Translations under genes and position numbers: made by a program
Shown: piece by piece, positions 1 through 12,507 of the stretch
Layout of the letters: every line of letters begins with the position of its first letter
Position numbering within the stretch: position 1 is the first letter of the stretch
Assembly (NCBI GenBank): GCA_964016885.1
Contig: OZ024744.1
Span: 126,852,001-126,916,000 of the forward strand
Direction of reading: 5' to 3'
Origin: Eledone cirrhosa
Lineage: Eukaryota
Length of the DNA stretch: 64,000 nucleotides
The notes under the pieces: model-generated
What the model was told of the DNA's origin: nothing
The model's database searches: none
Seen by the model: the letters and a program-made list of their open reading frames with translations, nothing else

Positions 1-540
1 GACATAAAGTCAGCCTCACTACTTCATTCTGACAAGATATCAATTTATGACTAAAGATGAAGAAGATACACCAACGTTAATGTCGTGAAATAAAGCTGAT
101 AACATTGAAACTTCTAATTTGATAACAAAGAGATTATTTCTTTGGTTGTTTAGTAACAACTAACAACACAACACATTGATTATATGTGAAGGAGGTAAGT
201 TGACAAATATTTACTTAATGTCTATATTAATGTGTGTAAATAATATAATTATGTGAACCCTACAACGAACCAGTAATTATATACAAGTGAAAATATATAT
301 AACAACATTAGAAAAATATATTTCTTCCTCCACTTTTATATATAGAAAAAACACTTCCCAACTGAAATGTTGATGTGATATTTTTCAATCATCAGATTCC
401 ACTGTTACATGTGATATAAAATATATTGTTATCATGACTGTCTTTATTATTTAAATTACCTCCGTCTATATTTCAACCACTGGAACAACCTCAAACAAGA
501 AACAGTTGTCACCCTCAGTCAACATTTTAATGTAAGATAT
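1..540 (+). promoter_or_regulatory. Shared non-coding 5' module of ZNF unit A (truncated by window edge), with splice donor GAG|GTAAGT at 194/195
   Basis: Reverse complement aligns to 61380-61929, 29818-30180 and 16003-16219; GTAAGT is retained in all four copies. Confidence 0.6.
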
Positions 541-595
541 CGAAATAAATGTTATAAGTGTATATAGATAGATGTATGTTGTGTGTGTATATATA

Positions 596-1180
596 CAGTG
601 ATCCCCCGCTATATCGCGGTTCACTTTTCGCGGTCCCGTTACATCGCGGATATGTCTTTGGAACGTATCTAATTTCCTATCGCGGTAATCCTCGCCACAT
701 CGCGGATTATTCGTTAGAACATATCTAGTTTCTTATCGCGGTACGTCTGAATAAAAAGTGTTTCAAATTTAAACTTATTAAATAAGTTTCAATGTTATTA
801 AAGTGTATATCGTAAGGAAAGGACATCTTAAGGCGTTAATTATAAACAAATGTTTTTATTTTTCATTCCATTACTGTTTTACTGATTGTGTTTTGCTCTA
901 ATCTACTACAAACCCTTCATAGATTGACGGGAGATGTGCAGTGTATTACCAAGTGGCTACCGTGGCTGGCAATAGTCCTCATTAGTAACTAGTGGTACGA
1001 TGGTTGGTGGTAGTTTCTATACGATCGTTACTGGCTGTTTTTGGTGTTTAAATACAAAAGTGTGTTTTAATGAGTTTATATGTACTTAAAGCATGTATGA
1101 GAGGTATTTTAAGGCTTAAACTATGAAAACAACGGTTGTCTTTATGGTCTCTCTAAATCACGGTTGGTTCTGGAACGTAT
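596..1180. mobile_element. Tigger/pogo-like non-autonomous DNA element (right end interrupted by a SINE)
   Basis: TA|CAGTGATCCCCCGCTATATCGCGG terminus with repeated ATCGCGG subterminal motifs; paralogous copy at 60336-60703. Confidence 0.65.
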
Positions 1181-1184
1181 CATG

Positions 1185-2025
1185 TCTTAGTGGTTAGAGC
1201 ATTGGGCTTACAATTAAAAGGTGGTGAGTTCGATTCTCGGACCGTGTGATGTGTTGTGTCCTTGAGCAAGACACTTTATTTCACGTTGCTCCAGTTTACT
1301 CAGCTGTAGAAATGAGCTGTAATGTCACTGGTGCCAAGCTGTATCGGCCATAGCCTTTCCCTTGGACATATATATAGTGTATATATACTGTATAATATAT
1401 ATAGTGTATATATACTGTATAATATATATATATATAGTGTATATATACTGTATAATATATACAATGTATATATACTGTATAATATATATAGTGTATATAT
1501 ACTGTATAATATATATAGTGTATATATATGTTGTGACGTCACAGGTGCCAAGCTGTATCGGCCATAACCTTTCTCTTGGACAACATATATAGTGTATATA
1601 TAGATACTGTACACAGTGTATAATATGTATACAGTATATATGCAGTATATATATACAGTATATATGTTGTGATGTTATTAGTGCCAAGCTGTATCAGCCA
1701 TTACCTTTCTCTTGGACATATATATAGTGTATAGATACTGTACACAGTGTATATATTATATGTATGGTTTATATATACTATACATAGTGTATATATAGTA
1801 TATATAGTGTGTATATATTGTACATAGTGTATATATACAGTATATATGCTGTGAAAGCACTGGTGCCAAGCTGTATCAGTCATTACCTTTCCCTTGGACA
1901 ACATCATATATAGTGTATAATATATAGTGTACACTGTATATATAATATATATATAGTGTATATATATGTTGTGATGTCACTAGTACCAAGCTGTATCAGT
2001 CATTACCTTTCCCTTGGACAACATC
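1185..2025 (+). mobile_element. tRNA-derived CORE-like SINE followed by tandemly re-amplified SINE 3' segments interleaved with TATATAGTG microsatellite
   Basis: A box (TTAGTGGTTAGAGC), B box (GAGTTCGATTC), GTGTCCTTGAGCAAGACACTT core; GATGTCACTGGTGCCAAGCTGTATC...CCTTGGACA repeated 5 times. Confidence 0.75.
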
Positions 2026-2089
2026 GGTGGCGTGGAGTGAGAGACTGGTATAAATGGGTGACTGCTGGTCTTCCTCAAACAACTGTACT

Positions 2090-2485
2090 TATCTTCTTAC
2101 TCCATATCTTCCATCAATTGTGTGAGGTCAGCTTCTATCACTTCATCCCAGGTCTTCCTACTCCATATCTTCCATCAATTGTCTGAGGTCAGCTTCTATC
2201 ACCTCATCCCATGTCTTCCTACTCCATATCTTCCATCAGTTGTATGAGGTCAGCTTCTATCACCTCATCCCAGGTCTTTCTACACAATATCTTCCATCAA
2301 TTGTGTGAGGTCAGCTTTTATCACCTCATCCCAGGTCTTTCTACTCCATATCTTCCATCAATTGTGTGAGGTCAGCTTCTATCACCTCATCCCAGGTCTT
2401 CCTACTCCACAGCTTCCATCAATTGTGTGAGGTCAGCTTTTATCACCTCATCCCAGGTCTTCCTACTTCACAGCTTCCATCAATT
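2090..2485. repeat. 61-bp tandem repeat (about 6.5 copies) derived from the RTE ORF 3' end
   Basis: Period 61 (2126 to 2187); reverse complement reads like DGRYGVG..RKTWDEVIEADL. Confidence 0.85.
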
Positions 2486-2987
2486 TTATAAAATGCTTGA
2501 AAATGACTTAGAAAAATGTTTCATCAAAGTCAAAATTTAATCCCAAAGAGAGGAAATTGGAACATTATCCACTGAAAGTTGCTTAACCCTCTAACATTTA
2601 AACTAGCCATAACTGGCCATAATTTTGTCCCCTTTTTCATTTTAAACCAGCTGTAATTGACCACTCAGTCTGATGTTAAGGTATTGTTCTCAATATAAAT
2701 AATATCAAAATCTCATAGATTCGATATTATGTGACATATGTGAGGTAATGTCTTTACCATGGAAATATAATAGTATATATGTAGTAATGTAAATACTAAA
2801 GAAAGGACTTTTAGGTGCCAAAATATTGGACAAATAAAAGAACAACAACAAAAACATAGCAAAGATTACCAGGTAATTTTTACTTCCCTCATCTTACAGT
2901 CCATTTTGCATTGTTTAGCCTTCTATCTCTTTCAACGTTACATATTATATAGAATGCTTGAAGTAAACTACAACATTTTATTATATA

Positions 2988-3435
2988 TCATCATCATCAA
3001 TTAACGTCCATCTTCCACGCTAGCATGGGTTAGACGGGTCCCATTTAGAGGCAATTTGGGTCAGGTGACTGTGTCTCACTCATATAGGGGTGTTTCTGGC
3101 TAGCTTTCTATGGCAGGATGCCCTTCCTAATGCCAACCACATTGACAGTGTGGACTGGGTGCATTTCCCAAGACACCTACATGTCCACTTTACAGTGTGG
3201 GCTGGGTGCTTTTTGCTCTGTCTTTTACACGTCCAATGTGGATGGGAGATATATATATGTCTGTGTCATCTCCATTTAACGTCCATTTTTCCATTCTGGC
3301 ATGGGTTAGACGGGTCATCCACGCCAGGAGGCAAGTCTGGCCAGTGTTGGCCATGTGTCACACCTTGCTCAGGTGAGGTCTGTATATTTTGTTGGGTATT
3401 TTACAGCTGGATTCCCTTCCTAACACCAACCATGT
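2988..3435 (-). mobile_element. Two RTE-tailed SINE copies
   Basis: (CAT)n-TTAACGTCCA tail, GCATGGGTTAGACGGG and GGATGCCCTTCCTAA motifs shared with many other copies. Confidence 0.75.
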
Positions 3436-3444
3436 TTAGGTGTG

Positions 3445-3835
3445 GAACTGGATGGCTCTGTTATGAGGAGGGACAGGCTAGTTGGCTGCACTGAACCCAT
3501 CTCACGGTGGAACTATCATTTTAGGGCCTGGTACTGGATGGCACCACTATGAGGAGGGGTGGCCAGTCAGCTGCACCAAACCCATCTCACAAGGTTACCA
3601 TAGTTTTGGGGCCTGGTACTGGATGGTACGGATACGAGAAGGGTTGGCCAGTTGGCTGCGCCACTATGGGGAGGGTAGCCAGTCGGCGGAGCAACACACA
3701 TCTCACAAGGTTACCATAGTTTTGGTGCCTGGTACGGGGTGGCACCACTATGTGGAGGGGTAGCTGGTCGGCTGAGCAAAACCCATCTCACAAGGTTACC
3801 ACAGTTTTGGGGCCCTGTACTAGATGACACCACTA
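3445..3835. repeat. About 85-bp degenerate tandem repeat (about 5 copies)
   Basis: Recurring CCCATCTCACAAGGTTACCATAGTTTTGG..CCTGGTAC..GGCACCACTATG. Confidence 0.8.
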
Positions 3836-3927
3836 TAGTGATGGTGCAGCTGTAGTTTGACATATATATAGCCTTGGTTTATATAAATAAACATCACACA
3901 GGTATATTTCTACAGTTTACCAATGTA

Positions 3928-4060
3928 CCGTATTTACTGGCGCCGAAGACGACTAATTTTAGAAGAAAAATAATAAACAACCTTCGGCCTCCAGGACGTA
4001 TGGTAGATTTTTGAGACTTATATTAGAGAAAAAGTAATGTCTTCGACGCAGGGAAACGTG
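3928..4060. mobile_element. Short pogo/Tc2-like MITE
   Basis: TA|CCGTATTTACTGGCGCCGAAGAC ... GTCTTCGACGCAGGGAAACG imperfect TIRs; partial paralogue at about 56230-56270. Confidence 0.5.
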
Positions 4061-4717
4061 CTAAACATGTAATATTTCCACTGTTAAATCTATCACTGTA
4101 TTTTAAGTATTCTCTATTATCTCATACTGTTTCTTATAAGTCCTATAAGAATGCATTTTTTGCTAAACTGCCATAGAGCAGACCTCTGAAGCGGTAGAAG
4201 GATATAATTTACAGAGCATGCTGGAATACCACTGCTTACATTGGAGAGAATTACTCTGGACAGGAAAGTTGATATCTACAGTTTACCAATATAGAAATAT
4301 AAAATTTCCACTGTTAAATCTATCTCTGCTTCTAAAGTATTCTGTTTTATCTCATACTGTTTCTTTCTTATTTCAGAATATCAGATGACATTGGGATAAA
4401 TTATTATTTTCAATCTTGGATATATCACCTATATTTATCATCATTTGAAGACTAAAACTTTTTTAACAGAACTTATATAACACTGTTTATATAAATCTAT
4501 AGTTCAATTACTGCGAAATATTTCCTCAAAACTGAGTTTATTTTCTTCACTATGAGATGGTTTTGTATTTTAACTAAACTTGGATAAAACATAACTTTGT
4601 GTTATCTTCAGATATTAACTGAAATTACAGTTGAGGGAAATATAGAAGATATATTTTATAAGAAATATAATATAAAATATACTACAAGGAAAACATTCTG
4701 TTGAAGAAGAAATAATT

Positions 4718-5644
4718 ATGGAAAATAAATTGACAAAGAAGATTAAATGTGAAACACAATCTAAAGTGTTTAGTATTCCTGGTGAGATGACGAAGGTTAG
4801 AGAAGAGAAGCCATATCACTGTGATATCTGTGGTAAATCATTCAATAATCGTAGTACCTTAACTACTCACAAAGTTATACATACGGGAGACAAGCCATAT
4901 CACTGTGATATATGTGGTATGTCATTCTCTCAAAGTTGTAACTTAACTAGACACAAACATATACATACAGGAGACAAGCCATATCACTGTGACATCTGTG
5001 GTAAATCATTCTATGATAGTAGTCACTTAACTAGCCACAAACGTATACATACAGGAGACACGCCATACCACTGTGATATCTGTGGTAAATCATTCTCTCA
5101 AAGTAGTCACTTAACTAGCCACAAACGTATACATACAGGAGACAAGCCATATCACTGTGACATCTGTGGTAAATCATTCTCTGTTAGTAGTACCTTAACT
5201 AGACACAAACATATACATACAGGAGACAAGCCATATCACTGTGACATCTGTGGTAAATCATTCTCTGTTAGTAGTCAATTAACTAGCCACAAACGTATAC
5301 ATACAGGAGACACGCCATACCACTGTGATATCTGTGGTAAATCATTCTCTCAAAGTAGTCACTTAACTAGCCACAAACGTATACATACAGGAGACAAGCC
5401 ATATCACTGTGACATCTGTGGTAAATCATTCTCTGTTAGTAGTCACTTAACTACACATAAACGTACACATACAGGAGACAAGCCATATCACTGTGATATC
5501 TGTGGTAAATCATTCTCTCAAAGTAGTACCTTAACTGGACACAAACGTATACATACAGGAGACAAGCCCTATCACTGTGATATATCATTCTCTGGAAAAA
5601 GTAGCCTAACTATTCACAAATTTATACACGCAGAAGAGAAATAA
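4718..5644 (+). CDS. C2H2 zinc-finger array protein A (308 aa; 9 intact fingers plus 1 degenerate), single coding exon
   Basis: Intact ATG ORF with 28-aa CDIC...H..IH repeats and TGDKPY linkers; acceptor TTTCTTATTTCAG ending 4376; AATAAA at 6071. Confidence 0.9.
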   Translation: MENKLTKKIKCETQSKVFSIPGEMTKVREEKPYHCDICGKSFNNRSTLTTHKVIHTGDKPYHCDICGMSFSQSCNLTRHKHIHTGDKPYHCDICGKSFYDSSHLTSHKRIHTGDTPYHCDICGKSFSQSSHLTSHKRIHTGDKPYHCDICGKSFSVSSTLTRHKHIHTGDKPYHCDICGKSFSVSSQLTSHKRIHTGDTPYHCDICGKSFSQSSHLTSHKRIHTGDKPYHCDICGKSFSVSSHLTTHKRTHTGDKPYHCDICGKSFSQSSTLTGHKRIHTGDKPYHCDISFSGKSSLTIHKFIHAEEK

Positions 5645-6080
5645 TAACGCATTGACATCAGTGATAAATCATTCTCTCAAAATTGTGAATTAATGAGAAT
5701 ACAAATACATATCATTGTGACATCTGAGGGAAATCATTCTCTTTGAATGTTACATTAACTACACACACACACATACAGCTGGGAAGCCATATCACTTTTT
5801 TATATTTGGTACATCATTCTCTAAATGTTGTGGCTTCACTAGACAGCAACATATACATACAGGAGAGGAACCATATCACTGTGATGTCTGTGATAAATCC
5901 TTCTCTAAATGTTGTGGTTTAATTAGACACTAACATATACAGGAGAGGAACTATATCATTGTGATGTCTGTGGTAAATCATTCTCTTATAAAGATTACTT
6001 AATGCAACACAATTAGATAAAAACCATGTCACTCACCTAAAATAGTGCCACCAATGTTGTTAATATTTTGAATAAACCTG
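5645..6080 (+). other. 3' UTR of ZNF A made of decayed finger repeats, ending at AATAAA (6071-6076)
   Basis: CACTGTGATGTCTGTGGTAAATC remnants with stops and indels; the same end is conserved in B (19925) and C (53884). Confidence 0.7.
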
Positions 6081-6119
6081 TTTTACTAAGAAATTCTTCT
6101 CCTTTCATTTTATGTCTGT

Positions 6120-7230
6120 ACAAACACAGTCTTCTCTCTTACACACCACTTCAGCTCACTCTTAAACCCAGCTTCTTCTTGAACTCATCCAAGCTCTGCC
6201 TTTCTCTCACACTTACATAACATATCCTACAAAACATGGTTGTTTCATTTCTCTCCAGTCTACATATCCTCTGCAGTCACAACCCTTATTTCGTTACCAT
6301 GCATCATTGCACATCACCCACATGTGTCATACAGTTGTCCTTTTGTACAGAGAGAGAGAAACCTTTTGTGGTCAACTGTTGCAGTAGCTCTTAAACTTTT
6401 TCCATCCTATCCTATTTCTAGCTATACATCTTTCAGAGCAGCCTCCTCCACTGCTAATTAATTCACCTACATTGCAAAATATATTTGTCAGCATACTTAA
6501 TGAAGGGTCTGTTTGGAAGTGCCTCCCCTAATAAACAGTGATGCCATAACTCAGAAACCAATAGTCACACATACATGGTAAGTTAGCTAAGAACGTAGGT
6601 TTTACATTGGTTCACTGCGCTGGAGAAGTAAGCAGCAATCACGTTTAGGAGACAAGCTCTATCAAATATTTAAAGGGTTCCATAGAAGCAGTTGACAGTT
6701 TCTGTTAGCTCGGGTATCAAATAAGCAGTGGAGGTAGGTGTTCTGAAAGTACAGTAACAAGAGTAAGAACAAGATGGCAGAGGTTTAGGGTGCTACTACT
6801 GCTGCTAGCTACAAAAGGTTGTTTCATCAATTTGATGTGTGCATATGAACAGCAATGCTGCATTGCAGTGAGGACCTCGGAAGATTGGATAGAAATGAAG
6901 CTTGAATTCTCCGATGGATGTGTAATATTAATATACATGAAGGGGAAAGTGTAAATAAACTGAGAGAGAACCTGGGCATGAGAGGGAAAAGATACAGTAT
7001 GCAGGAGAGGAGATTGCTGTGGTATGGACATGTGATGTGTATGAAGGTAGAGATGCTGTATAAAAGGTTGACTGCTTGAAATTGATGGAAGAGGAAGACC
7101 TAGGAAAACTTGGGATGAGGAGGTAAAAACTGACCTGACACCATTGTACCTCTCAAAGGTGATGACACAGGATTGAAATCTCTGGCATTATACAGTACTG
7201 CAGGAGACCTGCATTCCCATGTCCACGGGT
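6120..7230. mobile_element. Degenerate RTE LINE fragments (6120-6480 minus, 6560-7230 plus)
   Basis: VDSFCYLG, SGG.CSES, RKTWDE motifs; inverted paralogue at 51980-53400. Confidence 0.7.
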
Positions 7231-7469
7231 TGACACAACATTTAGTGGTTTGAAGTATGCTCCAATTTTCCTCCCCTTCACATCTTAACACTCCACCCTC
7301 TTACCAGCTAAGTACATCACCCTGACCTACCTCTCCAATCCCCACCCTACATACACACAACCCCACCCCCACTTTCACATCTGATACACCTCTTTTGACC
7401 AACCCATGTATACAAGTAAGGAAAGCTTAACATGCTCTCCTCCAATGCTGCTTAAATGGCTAAAAGCCC

Positions 7470-7730
7470 TCAGAAACTCCTGTAAGGTGGTCGTGCAGGT
7501 GTCATGACAAAAGAACACAGTCCTCTCTGTTAGGTAATATGACAAAAGAGCACCTAACCCTCCCTGCAAGGTAGTCATGCTGGTGACATGACAAATAAGC
7601 ACCCAGTCTACCCTGTGAGGTAGACATGACAGAAGGCCCCTAGCCCACTCTGTAAAGTAGTCAAGCTAGTGGCAAGACTAAAGGGACCCAAAGCACCCTT
7701 CAAAGTGGTCAAATTGGTGACATGACTTGA
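7470..7730 (+). repeat. Degenerate ~48-bp SINE-body repeats
   Basis: CACCCAGTCTACCCTGTAAGGTGGT..GGTGACATG units; inverted paralogue at 51420-51750. Confidence 0.6.
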
Positions 7731-8427
7731 CACCATTTTTTATTTTACTTCTAAACTATCTCATATATTTAAAAATTACTTATTTATTTCTTTTAAAAAT
7801 TAATTTTTAAAGATTATTTAAAATTTTTAAATATTTTTGAACATTTTAAATAGTTTAAGTACATTTAAGTAATTTATTTTGTTAAAACGGTTTTTTGAGT
7901 ATCTTCAGAGATTTAAAAAATTTTTTATTTATTTTTTCCAGAACTTTTAATATTTTAATATTTTTAAATATTTTTTTATTATTTAATATTAGAGTTATAA
8001 CCAATAACTAATTCTGGCTAAATATATCTTTCAACATTTATATCTTCGTCAAAATGGTCTCATACTAACTAATAAATAAACAAAACTGGGTTTTTCAGTA
8101 TCTTCTTAATTTAAAACATTAAAAACATATAAATAATCTTATTAACTCAGTTAATTTAATTACTTACACTAAATATAAACCAGTATCCCTCATAACTTTT
8201 TAAAACAATTATCTATAACATGATATACCCATTTATCCACTCATATATCTATTCTTCTATCTATATATTTCTATCTATTGATTCTCCTATTTTCTACTTT
8301 ATATCTATTTATTTTCAATTTATTATTCAATGTCTTTATATATATTTATTTTTTCTATATATTTATAATAGTAAATATTATATTGTATTATATTAGAATT
8401 CTAACAATAATTAGTAAATATACGTAA

Positions 8428-8775
8428 CATCATCATCATCATCATTTCATTTTACGTCCGCTTTTTCCCTGCTTGCAAGGGTGGGACGGGAACTAATGCT
8501 GGCTTGATTTCTACAGCTGGATGCCCTTCCTAACACCAACCTCATTTACAGTGAGTGCTGGGTGCTTTTTTTTCCGTGGCACCTACACGACCACTTTGCA
8601 GTGGAATGATATGGACCCCAGTCCCTATCATCTCATTTCTACAGCTGAGTAAACTGGAGCAATGTGAAATAAAGTGTCTTGCTCAAGGAAACAACACATC
8701 ACCCGGTCTGAGAATTGAACTCACAACCTTTCGATTGCAAGGCCAATGCTCTAACCACTAGGCCATGTGCCTCCG
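8428..8775 (-). mobile_element. Composite SINE: tRNA/CORE-like head (8630-8775) plus RTE-derived body and (ATG)n tail
   Basis: Reverse-strand GGCCTAGTGGTTAGAGC A box and GAGTTCAATTC B box; GGATGCCCTTCCTAAC motif; (CAT)n. Confidence 0.75.
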
Positions 8776-9059
8776 TAACATTAATATAAACTTAATACTT
8801 ATTTACATTACATGAGTTCATCCTCTATAAATGTCTTTCTTCTCTCTATCTCATAACAGTAATTTTTTCTCTCTCTTTCTTCTCTTTCTTCCCTATCTTT
8901 CCCCAGCGTAATTTAAATAAACGGTTGTTTTTTCAATTTTTCATACATTCATTTGCATATTCACACATAACTTTGAATTACCCCTAATAATATCCAGCGA
9001 ATTTCCAACCGTTAAGGTTGATTTCCATGGGTATGTCATTATTTATGAAACAAATTGTG

Positions 9060-9124
9060 TATTTTATCTGATGAAAGCGCACCAAGATTGGCTTGGTCGC
9101 CCTTGAAATATATATAATAAAATA
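9060..9124 (+). ncRNA. Minimal type-I hammerhead ribozyme motif (Penelope-like)
   Basis: TATTTTAT-CTGATGA-stem II (ACCAAG/CTTGGT core)-GAAA-TATAT-ATA-ATAAAATA; 8-bp helix I, palindromic helix III. Confidence 0.75.
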
Positions 9125-9140
9125 AATATAGTTTGATAAA

Positions 9141-9410
9141 TCATCATCATCACCGTTTTACGTCCGTTCTTCTATGCTAACATGGGTTAGACGGGTTGTC
9201 CTGTTGTGGGCAGTGTCTGGTCGGCTGACCATGCCTTGCTCATACAGGAACTGATTTTGGCTTGATTACAACTGGATGCCCTTCCTAACACCAACCTCAT
9301 TTACAGTGAGTGCTGGGGGCTTTATTCCGTGGCGCCTACACGTCCACTTTACAGTGTGGGCTGGGTGTTTTTTTGCCATGGCACCTCCACGACCACTTTG
9401 CGGTGGGAGG
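9141..9410 (-). mobile_element. RTE-tailed SINE
   Basis: (CAT)n tail, CATGGGTTAGACGGG, GGATGCCCTTCCTAACACCAACC. Confidence 0.75.
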
Positions 9411-9589
9411 GTGTGGCGGCATATTGTCTATATGCTTCAGCTTGAACCCATGGGAGGTCGGGTACTCTGTATTACTGCGTGACGCCAGAGGTCACGGTCG
9501 TGTGTCATCGCCTTTGCGAGGTGTATATATATATATATATATATGTATTTTTTTTTTCTTTTAACTTATATGTGTATATAATATATATA

Positions 9590-9664
9590 CAGAGTCTCCC
9601 AAAAAATATAAACACATTTCAACTACAGTCTATGTAAATGTGTATACATTTTTTGGGGACACTG
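9590..9664. mobile_element. ~80-bp Tc1/mariner-type mini-MITE
   Basis: TA|CAGAGTCTCCC...GGGGACACTG|TA; inverted copy at 10874-10952. Confidence 0.6.
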
Positions 9665-9889
9665 TATTATACATATCATTAAACGTATCTCCTACATGTG
9701 TATAAATAAATATACATGTATTTTATTAACAATTTTCTGTAGAATCTGTTAAACATGGAAGAAAATGTGGAGACTAAATAAAATGAACGTGTTGGTCACA
9801 TTAACTTAATAATATAACTATATATTAATGAAATATGCCAAAATAAAAGTTGTAATTGTGACAAAAATATAGATTCGGTAGTTTATTAT

Positions 9890-10798
9890 GACCAAGATTG
9901 AATATTTAATGGAATTAAGTGGAATTTTCTAGGAAATAAGACAATAAAACAGTGAAATGTTGAGGTTAAAAGAGACAAAATGTCCTCTCTTTATAAACTT
10001 TAATGTGGCTGAATTAGTAGCGGCTCGGCTTACTAACCTCAGCTCTCTCATCTTACAAGGGTTCGAATCTCACGTAGTTCACTATATTGTCTACAGAGTT
10101 ATCTCCTACTGCTTTTATATAGTATCACTGTTTACTGTAAAGAGGGCGCTACAATCATTTACTAGTGTGAGCAGTCTGGCTTACTAACGCCAGGACTAAA
10201 GTGTTACATGGTTCCAACATGACTTCCTTTACTATAGTGTCTACGGAGTTATCTCCTACTGCTTTTATATAGTTTCACTGTTTACTGTAAAGAGGGCGCT
10301 ACAATCATTTACTAGTGTGAGCAATCTGGCTTACTAACGCCAGGACTAAAGTGTTACATGGTTTCAACATGACTTCCTTTACTATAGTGTCTACGGAGTT
10401 ATCTCCTACTGCTTTTATATAGTTTCACTGTTTACGCTACAGAGGGCGCTACAATCATTTACTAGTGTGAGCAGTCTGGCTTACTAACGCCAGGACTAAA
10501 GTGTTACATGGTTCCAACCGGGCTGGTTCCTTAATTTTTAAAAAGAGTTATCACCCATAGTCTTTCAGAGTTTTGTTGTTTACTCGAAAGGTGGCGTGGC
10601 GATCTGCTTTTATGAGGTGTAGTAAGAGACAATAATATATGTAAGAAGGAGAAGTGAGAGAGACAGAAATACAAAACTGTGTTAATTCTCTCTCCCCCTC
10701 TCTACTTTTCCTCTATCTACCTCTTATGACTTCATTTCACTGTTTTATTGTCTTATTTCCTAATTCTACTTAATTCCATTAAATATTCAATCTTGGTC
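9890..10798. mobile_element. TIR-bounded non-autonomous element with internal 150-bp tRNA-like tandem units
   Basis: About 70-bp TIRs 9890-9959 / 10733-10798; 150-bp period at 10081, 10231, 10381. Confidence 0.7.
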
Positions 10799-10873
10799 GA
10801 AATAAATATTCAATCTGTGACGATCTGTACAACCAACAATAGTAGGAGTCACGTTACATGATATGTATATATA

Positions 10874-10952
10874 CAGGGTGTCCCTAAAATATGTATACAC
10901 ATTTACATAGACTGTAGTTGAAGTGTGTATACACTTTAGGGGGGAGACCCTG
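10874..10952. mobile_element. ~80-bp Tc1/mariner-type mini-MITE
   Basis: TA|CAGGGTGTCCC...GGGAGACCCTG|TA. Confidence 0.65.
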
Positions 10953-11410
10953 TATATATTTTATATATACATATATATATTAACAGATGATTGATATATA
11001 AATATAAACATATATATATATATATTTATATATATATACACGCATATGTCTTTATATATTTATAAATATACATATATAAAGATATATATACTCTTACTTG
11101 CATACAGCTGAAAATGTATATATGTATGTAAAGACATACATAAACATACATGTATACATATAGATGGACAGTTATACATATACAATAACTTATTTCTATA
11201 CATACATATACCACAAGTAAGGCATGGTGTTGCCAACTAACCAGACCTCCCTCATAATGGACCAGCTAGATCCCAAAATACAGGCCTGCTAGCCAACACA
11301 CAGTCCCAATAAGTGTAAGTTACAGCGCACCTATCTGGACAGACTTGTCTTAAGACTACTCATTATCCCACTACATCATTTGTATACTATATATATACTG
11401 TATATATACT

Positions 11411-11457
<47 letters not shown>

Positions 11458-11869
11458 ATTGTGTATTCAAACATTATCTTAGTAATGAAATAATTAACAA
11501 TTTTAGTAAATTGTTCAAAATTCTTCATTAACCCTTTTGGTAGAAACCCAGCCAAAACTGGTTCTCGTTCTATGGAAATGGTTCCTATCTAAATTAAAGT
11601 CTTTCAACGAAATTCTATATAACAACCATATGTTAAGTTACTATGTTAGTAATTAACTAACAATCGTGAGAAATAGCTCAAAATTATTCATAATTAATTG
11701 AAGTACGAGGTTCATAATTATAATAAAATCTTCGAATAGGCTACGAAGCCGGTAAACCTTAAAGGTACGAAACACACACATCGCTATAGCGTTTCACCAG
11801 CCAATTACTTCCTCAATCATTACATTAGATGTGTGTGTATGTAATAATTATTTTGTATCGTATGTCTAT

Positions 11870-12225
11870 TTATGAATATGTATGAGTAGATGTGTAACCC
11901 AGTAGATGTGTGTGTATGTAACTCAGTAGATGTGTGTGTATGTAACTTAGTAGATGTGCGAGTATGTAACACAGTAGATGTGTGTGTATGTAACAAAGTA
12001 AATGTGTGTATGTAACACAGTAGATGTGTGTATGTAACATAGGAGATGTGTATATAACTCAGTAGATGTGTGTGTATGTAACTCAGTAGATATGTGTGTG
12101 TAACACAGAAGTGTGTGTGTATATATAACACAGTAGTTGTGTGTATATGTAACACAGTAGATGTCTATGTAACACAGTAGATGTGTGTGTATGTAACACA
12201 GTAGATGTGTATGTAACTAAAGTGT
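11870..12225. repeat. ~22-bp GT-rich minisatellite
   Basis: GTAACACAGTAGATGTGTGTGTAT units. Confidence 0.85.
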
Positions 12226-12507
12226 AACGTACGTTACGAATAGACGACTAAATGATTTTAACTTGTTTTTTAACAATTGATGGTGGGAAAGATTTTAAAT
12301 TGTCTTAACTCAGACCATAAAGGGCCGCAACACGTGGTGTCTGACACTCTTACCAGCTACATAGCCTGGGAGTCTATTTTACCGGCACCGGCTACATAGC
12401 TTCTTCCTAAAATCTTCCAACTGTTAAGTTACTAATAAAATAATTAATAATTAAAAACTTTGGTAAATCCTTCCAATGATATCTCAGTAATGAAATAATT
12501 AATAATT

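Noticed and set aside
385-400. CTGATGA-TT-GAAA in the 5' module (also about 61535) as a hammerhead
   Set aside because: No helix II or III can form
1185-1250. tRNA genes at SINE heads (also 8700, 13320, 18829, 60270, 10005, 34308)
   Set aside because: A and B boxes are present but acceptor and anticodon stems are incomplete, and SINE or TE bodies follow
1300-1934. Y/I/T-rich ORFs here and at 30733, 42161, 45247, 47844, 62978
   Set aside because: Translations of microsatellites and minisatellites
7740-8420. Extremely AT-rich tract as a mitochondrial insertion
   Set aside because: No mitochondrial gene or tRNA motif recognised; low complexity only
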